This document shows positions 43,081 to 53,292 of a DNA stretch of 64,000 nt, piece after piece (position 1 is the first letter of the stretch; each line of letters opens with the position of its first letter). The position numbers and the translations under genes were made by a program. The notes beneath the pieces are model-generated. The model was not told the origin of the DNA, searched no databases, and saw nothing but the letters and a program-made list of their open reading frames with translations. The DNA is from a virus (lineage: Duplodnaviria > Caudoviricetes): IMG/VR virus record IMGVR_UViG_3300027708_000013; one strand, 5' to 3'.

Positions 43081-44191
43081 GCCAATTTATAAAATGGTAG
43101 GGAAAATTACGTAACTCTAAATTTCTAATTTCTGCAAAACGATAAATGTATTGTTTTGCCTTTTGTTTTTGTTCTGTCGTGGGTTCTACAGCAAGGGTTG
43201 TTGCTAGATCTGGCATTTGATGACTGTAAATTAATTTACTGTCGGGATCTAGTACGCTGGCACTTAGATAGTCGGGATCTGTGCAAAAATTCATTAAATC
43301 GTTATCTGTTCCAAACTCCTGCCGGAACTGGTATAAACCATGTACAGTTAAATTACTAACCACTGTGCAAAATCTATAACTAAATCTTTTCTGTATTAAT
43401 TCTAAATTACGTAAAAAGTTTTTCCATGTGTTACCATAGCGATTAAACTCATACAATCTATCTACAGTTTCTGCACTAACCGTAAATGTCACAGTATCAG
43501 GTAATGTGTCTAGTATTCGTTCTAATCTTTTTGAATCAACACCAAGCCCAGTGAATATATCCACTGGTCCCGATAAACCGGCGACCAACTCTGCAAGTCC
43601 ATTGTATAAAAATGGTTCTCCGCCAGTGATCTCAATTTGATTGGCAGTTTTAATATTGCGTATTTCATCAACTATCAATTGATAACTAGCACTTTCTTTT
43701 ATTGCCTTTTGCCCCAGACTCAACACAATACGATCATTGTTGTTAATAGCGAATCTAGTTTCATCTAGATACGGTCCATTGACGTCAATGTCTCGCAACC
43801 ATGCTGTACTGTACTGTTTGGCACAATAACTACAGGTTAAATTACAGTCGCTACCTAGATTGATATGTAAGGTAGTTGGGGTCGACACTAGATCTGTATG
43901 TGTCTTGACCGTTGACCCCATTGTGGTACGTCGACTGGGCAAACCAGCCTGTTCTGCCTGCCAGCAAGTATCCTTGCAACTGGCAACAGGCTGGTTGTCT
44001 AACATTTGCTGGCGACCGGCCTGTAAAACTGGAATATTAAACAACTGTCCGGGATTGTTACTCAGCCAGGTTAAATCTATTTTATCAGGTGTAGCAGCAC
44101 AACAAGAGGCAATAGAACGTCTTTCGGGCTCTACTGTCATCCACCAAAACTTTTGAGAACAGTAATAGTATTCAATAGTCTTCGTCTTCAT
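43070..44191 (-). CDS. Radical SAM protein with N-terminal Cys-rich domain
   Basis: CNLTCSYC, ITGGEPF, SAET...EFNRYG; start MKTKT at 44191. Confidence 0.9.
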   Translation of the reverse strand: MKTKTIEYYYCSQKFWWMTVEPERRSIASCCAATPDKIDLTWLSNNPGQLFNIPVLQAGRQQMLDNQPVASCKDTCWQAEQAGLPSRRTTMGSTVKTHTDLVSTPTTLHINLGSDCNLTCSYCAKQYSTAWLRDIDVNGPYLDETRFAINNNDRIVLSLGQKAIKESASYQLIVDEIRNIKTANQIEITGGEPFLYNGLAELVAGLSGPVDIFTGLGVDSKRLERILDTLPDTVTFTVSAETVDRLYEFNRYGNTWKNFLRNLELIQKRFSYRFCTVVSNLTVHGLYQFRQEFGTDNDLMNFCTDPDYLSASVLDPDSKLIYSHQMPDLATTLAVEPTTEQKQKAKQYIYRFAEIRNLELRNFPYHFINWLDE

Positions 44192-44396
44192 CTTCCTCTT
44201 CTTCGTCCGCCACATACTCTTTAAGAGCACGTTTTAGAGTAGTATCAGTGCTACCAAACTCTTTAAGTTCTTGGTCACCCAACATATCAACCATGACACT
44301 CATTAAGTTGTCGGCTGCTTCTTGGCGGTCTTTAGCGGGTATATACTGTTTCATAATGGTATATAATTCACCGAGTACATCAACATCTATGGTCAT
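44172..44396 (-). CDS. Small acidic hypothetical protein
   Basis: 74 aa, coupled to uvsX. Confidence 0.7.
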   Translation of the reverse strand: MTIDVDVLGELYTIMKQYIPAKDRQEAADNLMSVMVDMLGDQELKEFGSTDTTLKRALKEYVADEEEEDEDEDY

Positions 44397-45460
44397 TGTT
44401 CGATTTCCTCTGTTGGTTGTTCTGCTTCTTTTTTATGCGGATTTGCTGTAAAATCTGCCATTACCTTGTCAAGTGCTAAATCATCGTTACGATCCCAACC
44501 CTTTCGGAACTTTTTAATGATTTCACCTGTGGACAATGTGTACACCAGGCTGTTGCCTTCTTTTTTGAGTAAACCTTTGCCTTCAAACAAGTCCACTAGT
44601 CCCGAATAAGGGTTCATACCTTCCTCGTAAGGGATCTTAACCTGCACTGATTCAAAAGGTTTGGCATAGCGTGTTTTCATAATCTTACAAGCGGCACGGA
44701 TACCTTTTACTTCTGAAATCTTGTTACCGTCTTCGTCTTCTTTAAGCTTTAACTTACGCATTGCCACTACAATTGAACTTGCATAGATAAAACCTTGACC
44801 GCCTGAGATCTTGTCATCGGGATCAAACATGTCTTGACTGGCATAGGTGTGTGCAGTGGTCACTAGGCCAATGTTCAAACTACCAAACATGTTTACGCAG
44901 TTACGAACCAGTGCAGCCAAGGCCTTGGGCTTACGGCCCATGTCACCTTTCATGTCACCAGCCTCAAATTGATTGACATCTGTGGGGGTGAGTAACATGC
45001 CCAAACTGTCAACTACAAACAACACCTTGGGACGTTCTAGTTCCGGTAATGTTTTATATTCTTTAACAAACTCTGAAATCATTTTACCTACATCATCGAT
45101 CATAGCCATATTTAGTTTAAGTAACTTGTCTTCGCTGGTGTCTACATCTAGTGCATGTAGCCATTTTTCATCCAGAGCATTTTCGCTGTCAACTAATATA
45201 ACATAAATGCCTTGCTTCTGTGCATTGGCGACCAAGTTGCCCGAGCAAATAAAACTTTTTCCTGCACCGGATTCGCCGGCAAACACAGTGACCTTGCCCA
45301 AAGGAACACCTCGGTTAAAGTCTCCCGAGATCAAATAGTTTAATGCATAATTATTTGTTGAGATCCAGTCTGTGGGATCTGTAAATCCCACACTGATTCC
45401 GTCGATACTCTTGGTAATGCTTTTTCTAAATTTACTTACATCAAACGGACGATTTGCCAT
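44393..45460 (-). CDS. uvsX: RecA-like recombinase UvsX
   Basis: AGESGAGKS, VDSENA, VVDSLG, GDMGRK, SGG.GF.YASSI. Confidence 0.93.
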   Translation of the reverse strand: MANRPFDVSKFRKSITKSIDGISVGFTDPTDWISTNNYALNYLISGDFNRGVPLGKVTVFAGESGAGKSFICSGNLVANAQKQGIYVILVDSENALDEKWLHALDVDTSEDKLLKLNMAMIDDVGKMISEFVKEYKTLPELERPKVLFVVDSLGMLLTPTDVNQFEAGDMKGDMGRKPKALAALVRNCVNMFGSLNIGLVTTAHTYASQDMFDPDDKISGGQGFIYASSIVVAMRKLKLKEDEDGNKISEVKGIRAACKIMKTRYAKPFESVQVKIPYEEGMNPYSGLVDLFEGKGLLKKEGNSLVYTLSTGEIIKKFRKGWDRNDDLALDKVMADFTANPHKKEAEQPTEEIEQ

Positions 45461-45503
45461 TTTATTTCCTTTTTAAATATGATTGTCTTCCTGCATTGTA
45501 CTG

Positions 45504-46661
45504 CTATTTTTGAAAAACGTCAACTACTACATTTCTTTTTATTAATTCTATAAAATCTTCTTGGTGCTCGGCCTTTGGTGCACAAAAGCCACAATAGCAT
45601 ACTTTCTTTTTACATTTGATTACAGGCATTGTTTCAGTTTTGAACTGGTTACGTAATGTATCCATAATTTTTTTAGTATCGTTTACATTGCCTAATGGTT
45701 CTACTTGTCCAGTGGTACTCATACGGCAATCTTTATTTGTAAACACTGCACCGTCGAGCTGTCTTACATACAGAAAAAACCAATTTACACTGCAACTCCA
45801 CCCTTCAAATCCCTGCCGTGGAACAAAACTTACGTTAGATTTTAAATCTCCATTAAGGCTTAATTTTCTACCACCGCAACAGGCACGACCTTCATCTATG
45901 CTTTGTACTTTTTCTGTTTGACCAACTTGGTCTAATATTTTTGTATAATCAACTTGGTAGTTTGCCGGTACCTGAGCGATCCAAAAAGTTTTTAATTTAT
46001 TAAATTGTTGGTGCGTATAAGGATCGTATATAGCAACTGGCACATCAAAAGGTTTTGGAACATATCTAATTTTGTGTTGCTTACAAAACTCAATAATTGT
46101 TTCAGCATCTGTAAACAATTCTGTATTGGTATGCATCATAACTACACATTTAAAACGTTTATTATGTTGCTTGAGATATAACACATTGTCTCGGTATTGT
46201 TGTTTTTGTTTGGGTAAGTTTTCCGTATGGTAGCTCACTGTGAACTCGTCTACTAAGGGAACTATGCGTTCCCATTGATTCTTACCAACTATGCCATTGG
46301 TGGTGCAAGTAATGGTTAAATACCAACTGTCTTGGTACTGTGTGTATCTACTGCGACATTGCTGTAGTATTTCCACAATGTCAGGATGGAACAGACTTTC
46401 TCCGCCATAGACATTTAACACTACTTTACGTTGCGAGGGTTTTTTATACTGCATGTATTGATCCACGTACTCATACATGAAGTCAATGGTTTTCAAACAT
46501 TCCTCCACGGGCGGATGCTGGGTAGTGTTGTCGTGTCCACCATCAATACCTGTGCTACAATAACTGCAATTTAAATTACATAATTTAGTTAATTCCCAGT
46601 CCAGTAGAAAGCTGGGAACATTGGCGGGGTCGAGAGCAAAACCAATTGAATTTATGTTCAT
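45504..46661 (-). CDS. Radical SAM protein with C-terminal Cys-rich (SPASM/twitch-like) domain
   Basis: CNLNCSYC, YGGESL, TTNG, SYH; C-terminal WSCSV...C...CYCGFC. Confidence 0.9.
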   Translation of the reverse strand: MNINSIGFALDPANVPSFLLDWELTKLCNLNCSYCSTGIDGGHDNTTQHPPVEECLKTIDFMYEYVDQYMQYKKPSQRKVVLNVYGGESLFHPDIVEILQQCRSRYTQYQDSWYLTITCTTNGIVGKNQWERIVPLVDEFTVSYHTENLPKQKQQYRDNVLYLKQHNKRFKCVVMMHTNTELFTDAETIIEFCKQHKIRYVPKPFDVPVAIYDPYTHQQFNKLKTFWIAQVPANYQVDYTKILDQVGQTEKVQSIDEGRACCGGRKLSLNGDLKSNVSFVPRQGFEGWSCSVNWFFLYVRQLDGAVFTNKDCRMSTTGQVEPLGNVNDTKKIMDTLRNQFKTETMPVIKCKKKVCYCGFCAPKAEHQEDFIELIKRNVVVDVFQK

Positions 46662-47437
46662 TATTGTATAGTTATCGTGTTATTTTGTTGTTGCAAATTT
46701 CTATAAAAAAGTTCTCTAATGTTGGTTAATTCCTGTTCATAGTTGGAAAAATTAGCCAAGTTCAATCGACTGCCTGCGGGCACAACGTTGTTGTGTTTGC
46801 AAAAATCTAAATATTCAACCGGAGCAGTTCCTGTTGTTGGTCTAGACACACTGATTTTTATCTCCGACCCAATTTGTGCATAATCGTTGGTGTCTGCACT
46901 GTGGAAATCATTGTCAAAATTCTTCCACTTGTCATAAGTGGTTCTTCCCTGTTGAGAAAACAGTATAGATACGTGACTGTGATTGAAATTTAATATGTCA
47001 ACACCAAACGGATTAGGCGTTTCCCAATACTGTGTTCCCCAATATTCAAATTGAAAATCCAACTCAATTGCATGTAACAGTTTATTAATTTGGTTCCATG
47101 CATCAAAATATTGTGTATCGATCGATGCCAATACTGTTGGTAAACTGGGCAGGCGTTGCACTGTTGATACCCAGGTTCTATGCAGGCAATTTAACACTGC
47201 TTGATCAAATAAATTTGCAGTGACAAATTCATCAAACTCTGAAATTTTAAATTTTGATTTTAATAACGAATTTACTAGAACAATATTATTCAATAAATCA
47301 TCGCGACAATTTACATTCAACTTGGTATGCTGTAGTGCAAGATTGCTGTTGAAAGATTGTGTCCAATAGTCCGCAAACTCTACATTACAAGCATCTAATA
47401 ATAGTTCGTCGCCACTCTGAAGCCAAATTAATTTCAT
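46661..47437 (-). CDS. Hypothetical protein (paralog-like to 4569-5432)
   Basis: LNCLHRTW...INKLLHAIE...GRT..D.....D. Confidence 0.65.
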   Translation of the reverse strand: MKLIWLQSGDELLLDACNVEFADYWTQSFNSNLALQHTKLNVNCRDDLLNNIVLVNSLLKSKFKISEFDEFVTANLFDQAVLNCLHRTWVSTVQRLPSLPTVLASIDTQYFDAWNQINKLLHAIELDFQFEYWGTQYWETPNPFGVDILNFNHSHVSILFSQQGRTTYDKWKNFDNDFHSADTNDYAQIGSEIKISVSRPTTGTAPVEYLDFCKHNNVVPAGSRLNLANFSNYEQELTNIRELFYRNLQQQNNTITIQ

Positions 47438-47444
47438 ATGTGAT

Positions 47445-47474
47445 AAAAAGTAGACAGGACCGGGTCCTGCCTAC
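47445..47474 (-). terminator. Intrinsic terminator after gp32
   Basis: GTAGGCAGG/CCTGTCTAC stem followed by T5. Confidence 0.75.
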
Positions 47475-47483
47475 AATCAAATA

Positions 47484-48476
47484 TTACTGCTTTTGACGAT
47501 TGCGAATCTGTGCCAAAATGTCTTGAGCACTTTGCGGTTTAGCTGGTGTTGCTTGCACAGGAGCAGTGGGAGCCGGTGCATCATCTTCGTCGGCATCAAA
47601 CGGACTGGCTGTTGCAACAACAGACTTTGCCGCTGGTGCACTTTCGTCAACTGCCGGTACAGCACCACCTTTGACCTCTAAACCATAGGGCTTGTAGTAT
47701 GCACCCCAACGTTCTGCATCATATGGCTCACCGTTGACCGAAGCTTCAAACATTTCTTTCATGACCTTGAGTTCAACATCGCTGGGCTTCTTGGGTAAAA
47801 AGTCTGCCAAGTTATACAAGCCGTGAGCGTCAATTGCTGCTTGCTCGTCTGCTGTGAGTGCCGTTTCTTTACGTGCCCATGTTGATGTGTTGTAGTCAGC
47901 ATAGCCACCTTTTGAAGTTTTCTTGATGTTGAAGTCAAGTCCACCTGTGTAGTCAGTTGGCAAGTTTTCCATTTCTGGATCCATCAATGCATTTTTAATC
48001 AAGTTAAAAATTTGTGGGCTGATGACGAATCTACGTATAGGATTGGCAGGAGTCTTGTCATCACTGAGTGGGTTTTCTTTTACAAAACCTTGAAACAGGT
48101 AACTGCGTTTTTTCCAATACTTGCGACCCATTTCTTCCAAGTTGGGATCTTTGAACCAACCACGTACTTCTGCCAAGATTGGACAGTTTTCGCCTGTGCC
48201 GTACATTTCCACACAGGGAACCTGTACCACAATGGGCTTTGAATCTGTGTGGCCTTTTACGCCGGCAAATGGCAATTTGATCATGGCACGTTCAACCCAA
48301 AAGAATGAATTGCCGGTGTTGCCATCGGGTAAAAATCTTAGTCTTGCTGTGGTGTTTTCTGGAATGTTCCAGTGTGCGTAGATGGCATTGTCACTGCCTC
48401 CACTTGATGATTCGCCGCTTTTGCGACCTTCAGTTGATTGTAATTTTGCTCTAATTTCTGCTAAAGTCATGGCCAT
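47484..48476 (-). CDS. Single-stranded DNA-binding protein (T4 gp32-like)
   Basis: LRFLP, CPILAE..W, YWKKRSY, DFNIKKT..GGYADYNTS.W. Confidence 0.9.
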   Translation of the reverse strand: MAMTLAEIRAKLQSTEGRKSGESSSGGSDNAIYAHWNIPENTTARLRFLPDGNTGNSFFWVERAMIKLPFAGVKGHTDSKPIVVQVPCVEMYGTGENCPILAEVRGWFKDPNLEEMGRKYWKKRSYLFQGFVKENPLSDDKTPANPIRRFVISPQIFNLIKNALMDPEMENLPTDYTGGLDFNIKKTSKGGYADYNTSTWARKETALTADEQAAIDAHGLYNLADFLPKKPSDVELKVMKEMFEASVNGEPYDAERWGAYYKPYGLEVKGGAVPAVDESAPAAKSVVATASPFDADEDDAPAPTAPVQATPAKPQSAQDILAQIRNRQKQ

Positions 48477-48572
48477 AATGTTTTCTCCTTTAAGATGGTC
48501 TTTGTGTGTTGCATGCCTAGATATATTCTAGCACTCCGCTAGTATATAACATGTATATTTATGATGTCAAAG

Positions 48573-48599
48573 AAAAAGGCACAAATAATTGTGCCTTTT
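48573..48599. terminator. Bidirectional-type terminator
   Basis: AAAAAGGCAC-AAATAATT-GTGCCTTTT; gp32 promoter TTGACA-18-TATACT at 48541-48570. Confidence 0.75.
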
Positions 48600-48632
48600 G
48601 GTGAAACAAACAATTATATCTTGTGCTTTTTT

Positions 48633-49232
48633 TTAATATGGGGCTGGCTTGCCCTGTTTGATGGCGGCCTTGTTTGCAATATATTTGTCTAAGTCGTCTG
48701 GACCAGTGGATGGTTTGTAATTTTTCCTAAAATTTGCATCGCTTTTTATATCATCAGTTAAAACTCTTAACAAAACCAAACCTATAACCAATGTAACCAA
48801 ACCAATTCCGGTGCTTATGCCACCCGCACCAGCTATGGCCATTGCACCGCCGCCGATGGTTGATCCTATACCGGTTAAACCAGTCAATATTCTAGATTTA
48901 ATATCGCTGCCCAAAAGTACCATTTCACTTACGGGCTGTGCACCAGCAACAGGTTGGCTACCATTGGATTGAATTGCCTGTTGCACGTCTTGTTGAGTAA
49001 TACCCAATGCTTGAACTAATTTCATGGCATTTTCTTTAGTAGGGGTCAAGTCGCCACCGGTGGCTTGCTGTGCTATGCTGGCAATTTTTTGTAAATCCTC
49101 AGGTGAAAGTAATTTTTGTATAGCTTTTGAAAAAGCTGATTTTATTGTGTCCATTACACCCTCATCCAACTGTTCTGGTTGTTCGGCTTCAGTGATCAAA
49201 TCTGCGTATCGTCTAAAAAATTTTGGATCCAT
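48633..49232 (-). CDS. Hypothetical virion-associated protein with hydrophobic C-terminal segment
   Basis: MDPKFFRRYADLITE...QLDEG leader; Gly-rich hydrophobic stretch. Confidence 0.7.
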   Translation of the reverse strand: MDPKFFRRYADLITEAEQPEQLDEGVMDTIKSAFSKAIQKLLSPEDLQKIASIAQQATGGDLTPTKENAMKLVQALGITQQDVQQAIQSNGSQPVAGAQPVSEMVLLGSDIKSRILTGLTGIGSTIGGGAMAIAGAGGISTGIGLVTLVIGLVLLRVLTDDIKSDANFRKNYKPSTGPDDLDKYIANKAAIKQGKPAPY

Positions 49233-49270
49233 GGTACATATTCCTTGTTGTCGTTAATATATTTATTTCT

Positions 49271-50764
49271 TTATTTCTTCAATCCTGCCAGACTTCGTAA
49301 AAAGTCCAAAGGATCTGTGTCCTCATTGGCTGTGTTGACCGCTGGACTGGGTTCTGCTGTGCCCACTGAACCATATTGTTGATTCTGTGCCGCTGTGTCG
49401 GCCTGCTGTTGTGCCACTGCCTGATCTTGTGCCGCCAGTGGTGCGGTATCTTGTGTGTAATTTTGTGTGTACTTTTCTGCCAGGTCTGCGAATCCATGAT
49501 CCATTAACCATTCCATTACATCCGGCTTACAGTCAGCATCCGGCCCTTCCTCTGCGGCACGGGCTGAGATTCTATCGTACAACTCATCATCACCTATGAT
49601 GTCGTACAGTTGTCCAATGGCATCATCACCGTTGTCGCCTGCACGTAGCACAGGTCGACTCATTAAGCTGTCCAGTTCTCTAACTTCTACATCATCGTCA
49701 GGAGCAGCCCAAGTGCCTTCAGCAACGCCTGTGGCCCATGACTCAAATTCTTCTGACATGGGTGTTGATTCAGCCTGATGTCGGCGCCACGCACGATACA
49801 CATATGGTAGTGCTTCATCAAATCTGTCATTGTAGACTTTTCTAGCAAAACGTTCGCGGAGGCTGGCCACATCAATGTCTTCTTCAATGTCTTCTTCGGG
49901 TGTGTATGTTTCTTGAAAGTAATTGTAAGCACGTTCGCTGGCCAAATGACGCAGGCGATTTTTTAATTCACTGTAGTGACGCACTGCTGCCTGTGCCATT
50001 TCTCCAGTTTCTTGATCTTCAAACTGTCTACGCTGAGCTCCACGTACAAAGTGTGCCATGCTTTTCATTTCTTGGCACATGGCAGTGATACTTTCGCCCA
50101 GTTCATCTTCAACTCTACCACCTTGACTCACATGTCGTGCCATGGCTCTAGCATAGTGTAGGTTCTTTTCTGGTAATAAAAATCTCTCGCCCAGGTGTGT
50201 TTCAAGAAAAACATTTTCAATATTTCTAGTTCTAGCACCACGCTTTTCCTCGTCTACTTCACTGAGATGACGCACAACAATTCTAACAGGACCACACTCT
50301 TGATAACTGCGTCTGGTAGTGCCGTACATGCGACCTTCGGTAACAGAAATGTCATCTGTGCTCAGTGTGGCATCATTACGACTTTGTTGACGTATGTCTT
50401 TTGATTGTAAATTGCTTTTGGCAATGTCTCTGGTGTCAAAACTCAACATGTTTCTCTTGGCAAATTTTCTCAAGCTCAATAAAAACTCATACCACTCGGA
50501 CTCGGCTGAACCCGATTCTGCATCCAATTGATGTATGCGATCGACTATGTTTTTACTGTAGTAAATCTTCAATGAAGATTCGTCTATCAAGCTGATGGTG
50601 ATATTACCAACTTTTTTACCGTCTACAGTATAGACAAAGTTAAAAAATCTAGCTTTGGTTGGGTCTGTGGTGGCTTTTGAATTTTCATCGCCTAGACGTA
50701 CATCTTCAAATCTAGTGCGGATTTTTTCAAATAAAGCTGTTGCGATATTTTCTATTTCTCTCAT
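49271..50764 (-). CDS. Conserved hypothetical protein downstream of terminase
   Basis: 497 aa under a CTAAATA late box; ends LRSLAGLKK. Confidence 0.75.
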   Translation of the reverse strand: MREIENIATALFEKIRTRFEDVRLGDENSKATTDPTKARFFNFVYTVDGKKVGNITISLIDESSLKIYYSKNIVDRIHQLDAESGSAESEWYEFLLSLRKFAKRNMLSFDTRDIAKSNLQSKDIRQQSRNDATLSTDDISVTEGRMYGTTRRSYQECGPVRIVVRHLSEVDEEKRGARTRNIENVFLETHLGERFLLPEKNLHYARAMARHVSQGGRVEDELGESITAMCQEMKSMAHFVRGAQRRQFEDQETGEMAQAAVRHYSELKNRLRHLASERAYNYFQETYTPEEDIEEDIDVASLRERFARKVYNDRFDEALPYVYRAWRRHQAESTPMSEEFESWATGVAEGTWAAPDDDVEVRELDSLMSRPVLRAGDNGDDAIGQLYDIIGDDELYDRISARAAEEGPDADCKPDVMEWLMDHGFADLAEKYTQNYTQDTAPLAAQDQAVAQQQADTAAQNQQYGSVGTAEPSPAVNTANEDTDPLDFLRSLAGLKK

Positions 50765-50779
50765 ACTGTATTTAGTCGT

Positions 50780-52342
50780 TTACATCATTATAAATGGCAT
50801 TGGTAGAATCATGTCTTCCTGTCCACGCAGGGTTTCGTCTAGATCAGCGTCAAATTCCTGTACTGCCTGTATCATTCGTATGGCTAAAATTATGCTCATT
50901 ACCAAGTCATCAGTTTCGCCCGGTTTGGCGGCAAAACTGGTGCCGTGTGCCACAAATGTTTTGAGCTCGCTGATCAAGTTTTTACTGGAGATCTTTAATT
51001 TGCCGTTTTCAATCCAGCTTTTTAACTTGCTACAGGCAGCAATTTTACTACGGTTTGTGGTGGTGAATCCTCTGCGGAATTGCCTGCCGGCGCCCACACG
51101 AGCAGACTCTGATAAAAATATACCACGTATGTGTTCCTCGCCGGTGTGTGCTATTTCCACCAAGGCAGCTTCGCCCAAGGAGTTGTTTTCCACACTGTAG
51201 TATATGGCTGTTTCTGTTTTGATGGTGTCGTATATGTGTTGTGTGATGGCCTGTAGTATTTTGACCTGCTGTTGCACCGGTGTTTTATTGTGTTGCCATT
51301 CGGCCACCTGTTGCATGCTGGGCAGTTCAATCACTTGTATGGCCGCTGGATCACTACCAGTGCCCAGACTGGGGTCTAAACTCACAACATAGGTACTGCC
51401 CGCCTTGGGTTTTTGATACCAACGCACCTGTCCTTGACGCTCAATGGGATCTACACCTGTCATTGTTACCAAATGTAGTGGGTTGATTAATGTTTCATCG
51501 TGTATAATGAATTCGCAGTTCATTTCTCTGCGGAAGCGATCTTCGCCCAACTGTGCTTGCATTTGATCAGCCCAGGCTTGATCTCGATCTGGATGCTCTT
51601 CCCAACTGCTGCGAAATGCTCGAAATCCATTTACGCCCAACTCAGTTTCATTGCCGTATTCATCAATGGTCTTGTTTGCACCTTTCCAAATTTGTGCAAA
51701 TTGATCTTCATCACTGTTGGGGGTACTAGTGATAATACACTTACCACCTGTGGCCAGTGTGGGTGTTATGGAGGTCCAAAACTCTTGTGCAATAGTGGGA
51801 CGCACAAACGCAAACTCGTCGGCGTAGAGCAATGATATACTCATACCACGACCGGTGTTTTCTGTGGTTGTTGCTGAAACTATTCTACTTCCGTTTTCAA
51901 AGTCCAACGATCCTTTGTTGTAACTGGTTACACCGGCTCTAATGTGATTGGGACAGTTTTCGTAGGCATAGCGTATGCGTTGCATAATTTCTTGAGCACC
52001 GGTGTATTTGTGTGCAGCCACTAGTATTGTTGAATCTGGTACAAACATGGCATACCACAACAGGTATCCTGCTGCTGAAGTTGATTTACCTGTTTGTCTG
52101 GGCATCAAGCTGATACTGAATCTGTAGTTGTGATAACTGTCAATCAGGCGTTCCTGATACTCGTAAGGTATGTACTGTATAGCACCCCTGGTAGGATGTT
52201 GAATAAAAAAACAGTTACTCATGAAGTAACCAGGGCCTGCGGCAGGATCTGCACAACGGGCAAACTCAAGGATCTGTTGCTCAGTCATGCTCATGGCACG
52301 ATAGGGTGTTTTAATTATTGCTGTTTCTAAACTTTTTGCCAT
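50780..52342 (-). CDS. Terminase large subunit (T4 gp17-like)
   Basis: PRQTGKS, ADEFAF, ITSTPN, SLDPSLGTGSD, VENNSLG, DDLVMS. Confidence 0.95.
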   Translation of the reverse strand: MAKSLETAIIKTPYRAMSMTEQQILEFARCADPAAGPGYFMSNCFFIQHPTRGAIQYIPYEYQERLIDSYHNYRFSISLMPRQTGKSTSAAGYLLWYAMFVPDSTILVAAHKYTGAQEIMQRIRYAYENCPNHIRAGVTSYNKGSLDFENGSRIVSATTTENTGRGMSISLLYADEFAFVRPTIAQEFWTSITPTLATGGKCIITSTPNSDEDQFAQIWKGANKTIDEYGNETELGVNGFRAFRSSWEEHPDRDQAWADQMQAQLGEDRFRREMNCEFIIHDETLINPLHLVTMTGVDPIERQGQVRWYQKPKAGSTYVVSLDPSLGTGSDPAAIQVIELPSMQQVAEWQHNKTPVQQQVKILQAITQHIYDTIKTETAIYYSVENNSLGEAALVEIAHTGEEHIRGIFLSESARVGAGRQFRRGFTTTNRSKIAACSKLKSWIENGKLKISSKNLISELKTFVAHGTSFAAKPGETDDLVMSIILAIRMIQAVQEFDADLDETLRGQEDMILPMPFIMM

Positions 52343-52372
52343 GTGTAATATTTTTCAGTATAAGTATATTTA

Positions 52373-52909
52373 ATGTCGCACTGCCTCTTGCTCAATCAAA
52401 CTTTTGAACCTATTTCGGTTCTTCCACTCAGTGTTATTGGGTGGCAACATGCCATCAAACTCATGATGCTGGGACGTATCACTGTGTTGGAAACTTATCC
52501 CAATTGGTTGATACGCAGTGAACGACTCACCATCAATGTGCCCAGTGTTGCTGTTACTCGAGACTACTTTCAACATAAAAAGTCTATCAAATTCTCTAGA
52601 CATAATTTGTACCTACGTGACTTGTTTCAATGTCAATACTGCCAAGATACATTTGATTACGAAGATCTCACTATAGATCATGTGGTTCCCCGCAGTTTGG
52701 GCGGTAAAACTTCTTGGGAAAACTGTGCAACATCGTGCAAGGCCTGTAATTTCCGCAAAGGGTCAAAAACCAACATTGTTCCAATTCGTGCACCGTATCG
52801 ACCTGACTACTACACACTATTGGCCAAGTGGAAAGATACTGAATTCACAGTTCGGCAAGAATCGTGGAATCAATACTTGGGTTTGAATAAAACTGTTGTG
52901 GGTCTTTAG
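52373..52909 (+). CDS. HNH endonuclease (McrA-like)
   Basis: RDLFQCQYC, TIDHVVPRSLGG..SWEN...SCKACN.RKG. Confidence 0.92.
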   Translation: MSHCLLLNQTFEPISVLPLSVIGWQHAIKLMMLGRITVLETYPNWLIRSERLTINVPSVAVTRDYFQHKKSIKFSRHNLYLRDLFQCQYCQDTFDYEDLTIDHVVPRSLGGKTSWENCATSCKACNFRKGSKTNIVPIRAPYRPDYYTLLAKWKDTEFTVRQESWNQYLGLNKTVVGL

Positions 52910-53292
52910 TACGGCTTTATCTTTTTTGGAGTTTTTGGGGCCGGTGCATCACCAACGGGCTTTTCGCCCGTTAAAAATGGTTTTGAAAACCAGAGGCGAA
53001 AATATTCAGGTGTGCCAGGTTTGATGTTGTTTTCCCGTTCTAGTCTACGCTTTTCCATTCCAGTGATGCTGATGTTGCTGCCCACGGGACTGGGACTGGC
53101 TTGATCTGTGTTGTTGGGTGCGTCAATTTGTGGATCATGCCCACCGGCTGTGTAGTAATCTTCTAACAACTCGTTGCCCAAGCCAGCTAATTTTTTTAAC
53201 TCTTGTAAATCTCTTGCGTCCATGACAGCATCAGCATCACCCGACTCTCCGGGCAATACAAATGCGTCACTGGTTATACGATATTGTTTCAT
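52906..53292 (-). CDS. Hypothetical protein
   Basis: 128 aa; ELKKLAGL, IKPGTPEYFRLWFSKP. Confidence 0.7.
   Translation of the reverse strand: MKQYRITSDAFVLPGESGDADAVMDARDLQELKKLAGLGNELLEDYYTAGGHDPQIDAPNNTDQASPSPVGSNISITGMEKRRLERENNIKPGTPEYFRLWFSKPFLTGEKPVGDAPAPKTPKKIKPY

Noticed and set aside
28120-47437. Lasso-peptide or RiPP cluster (asparagine-synthetase-like plus radical SAM)
   Set aside because: No precursor peptide, RRE/PqqD domain or B-protein protease is recognisable, and the genes are dispersed over separate operons.
48519-48545. CIRCE heat-shock operator (TAGCACTC half-site)
   Set aside because: Only one half-site is present, the GAGTGCTAA partner is missing, and it is not upstream of groESL.
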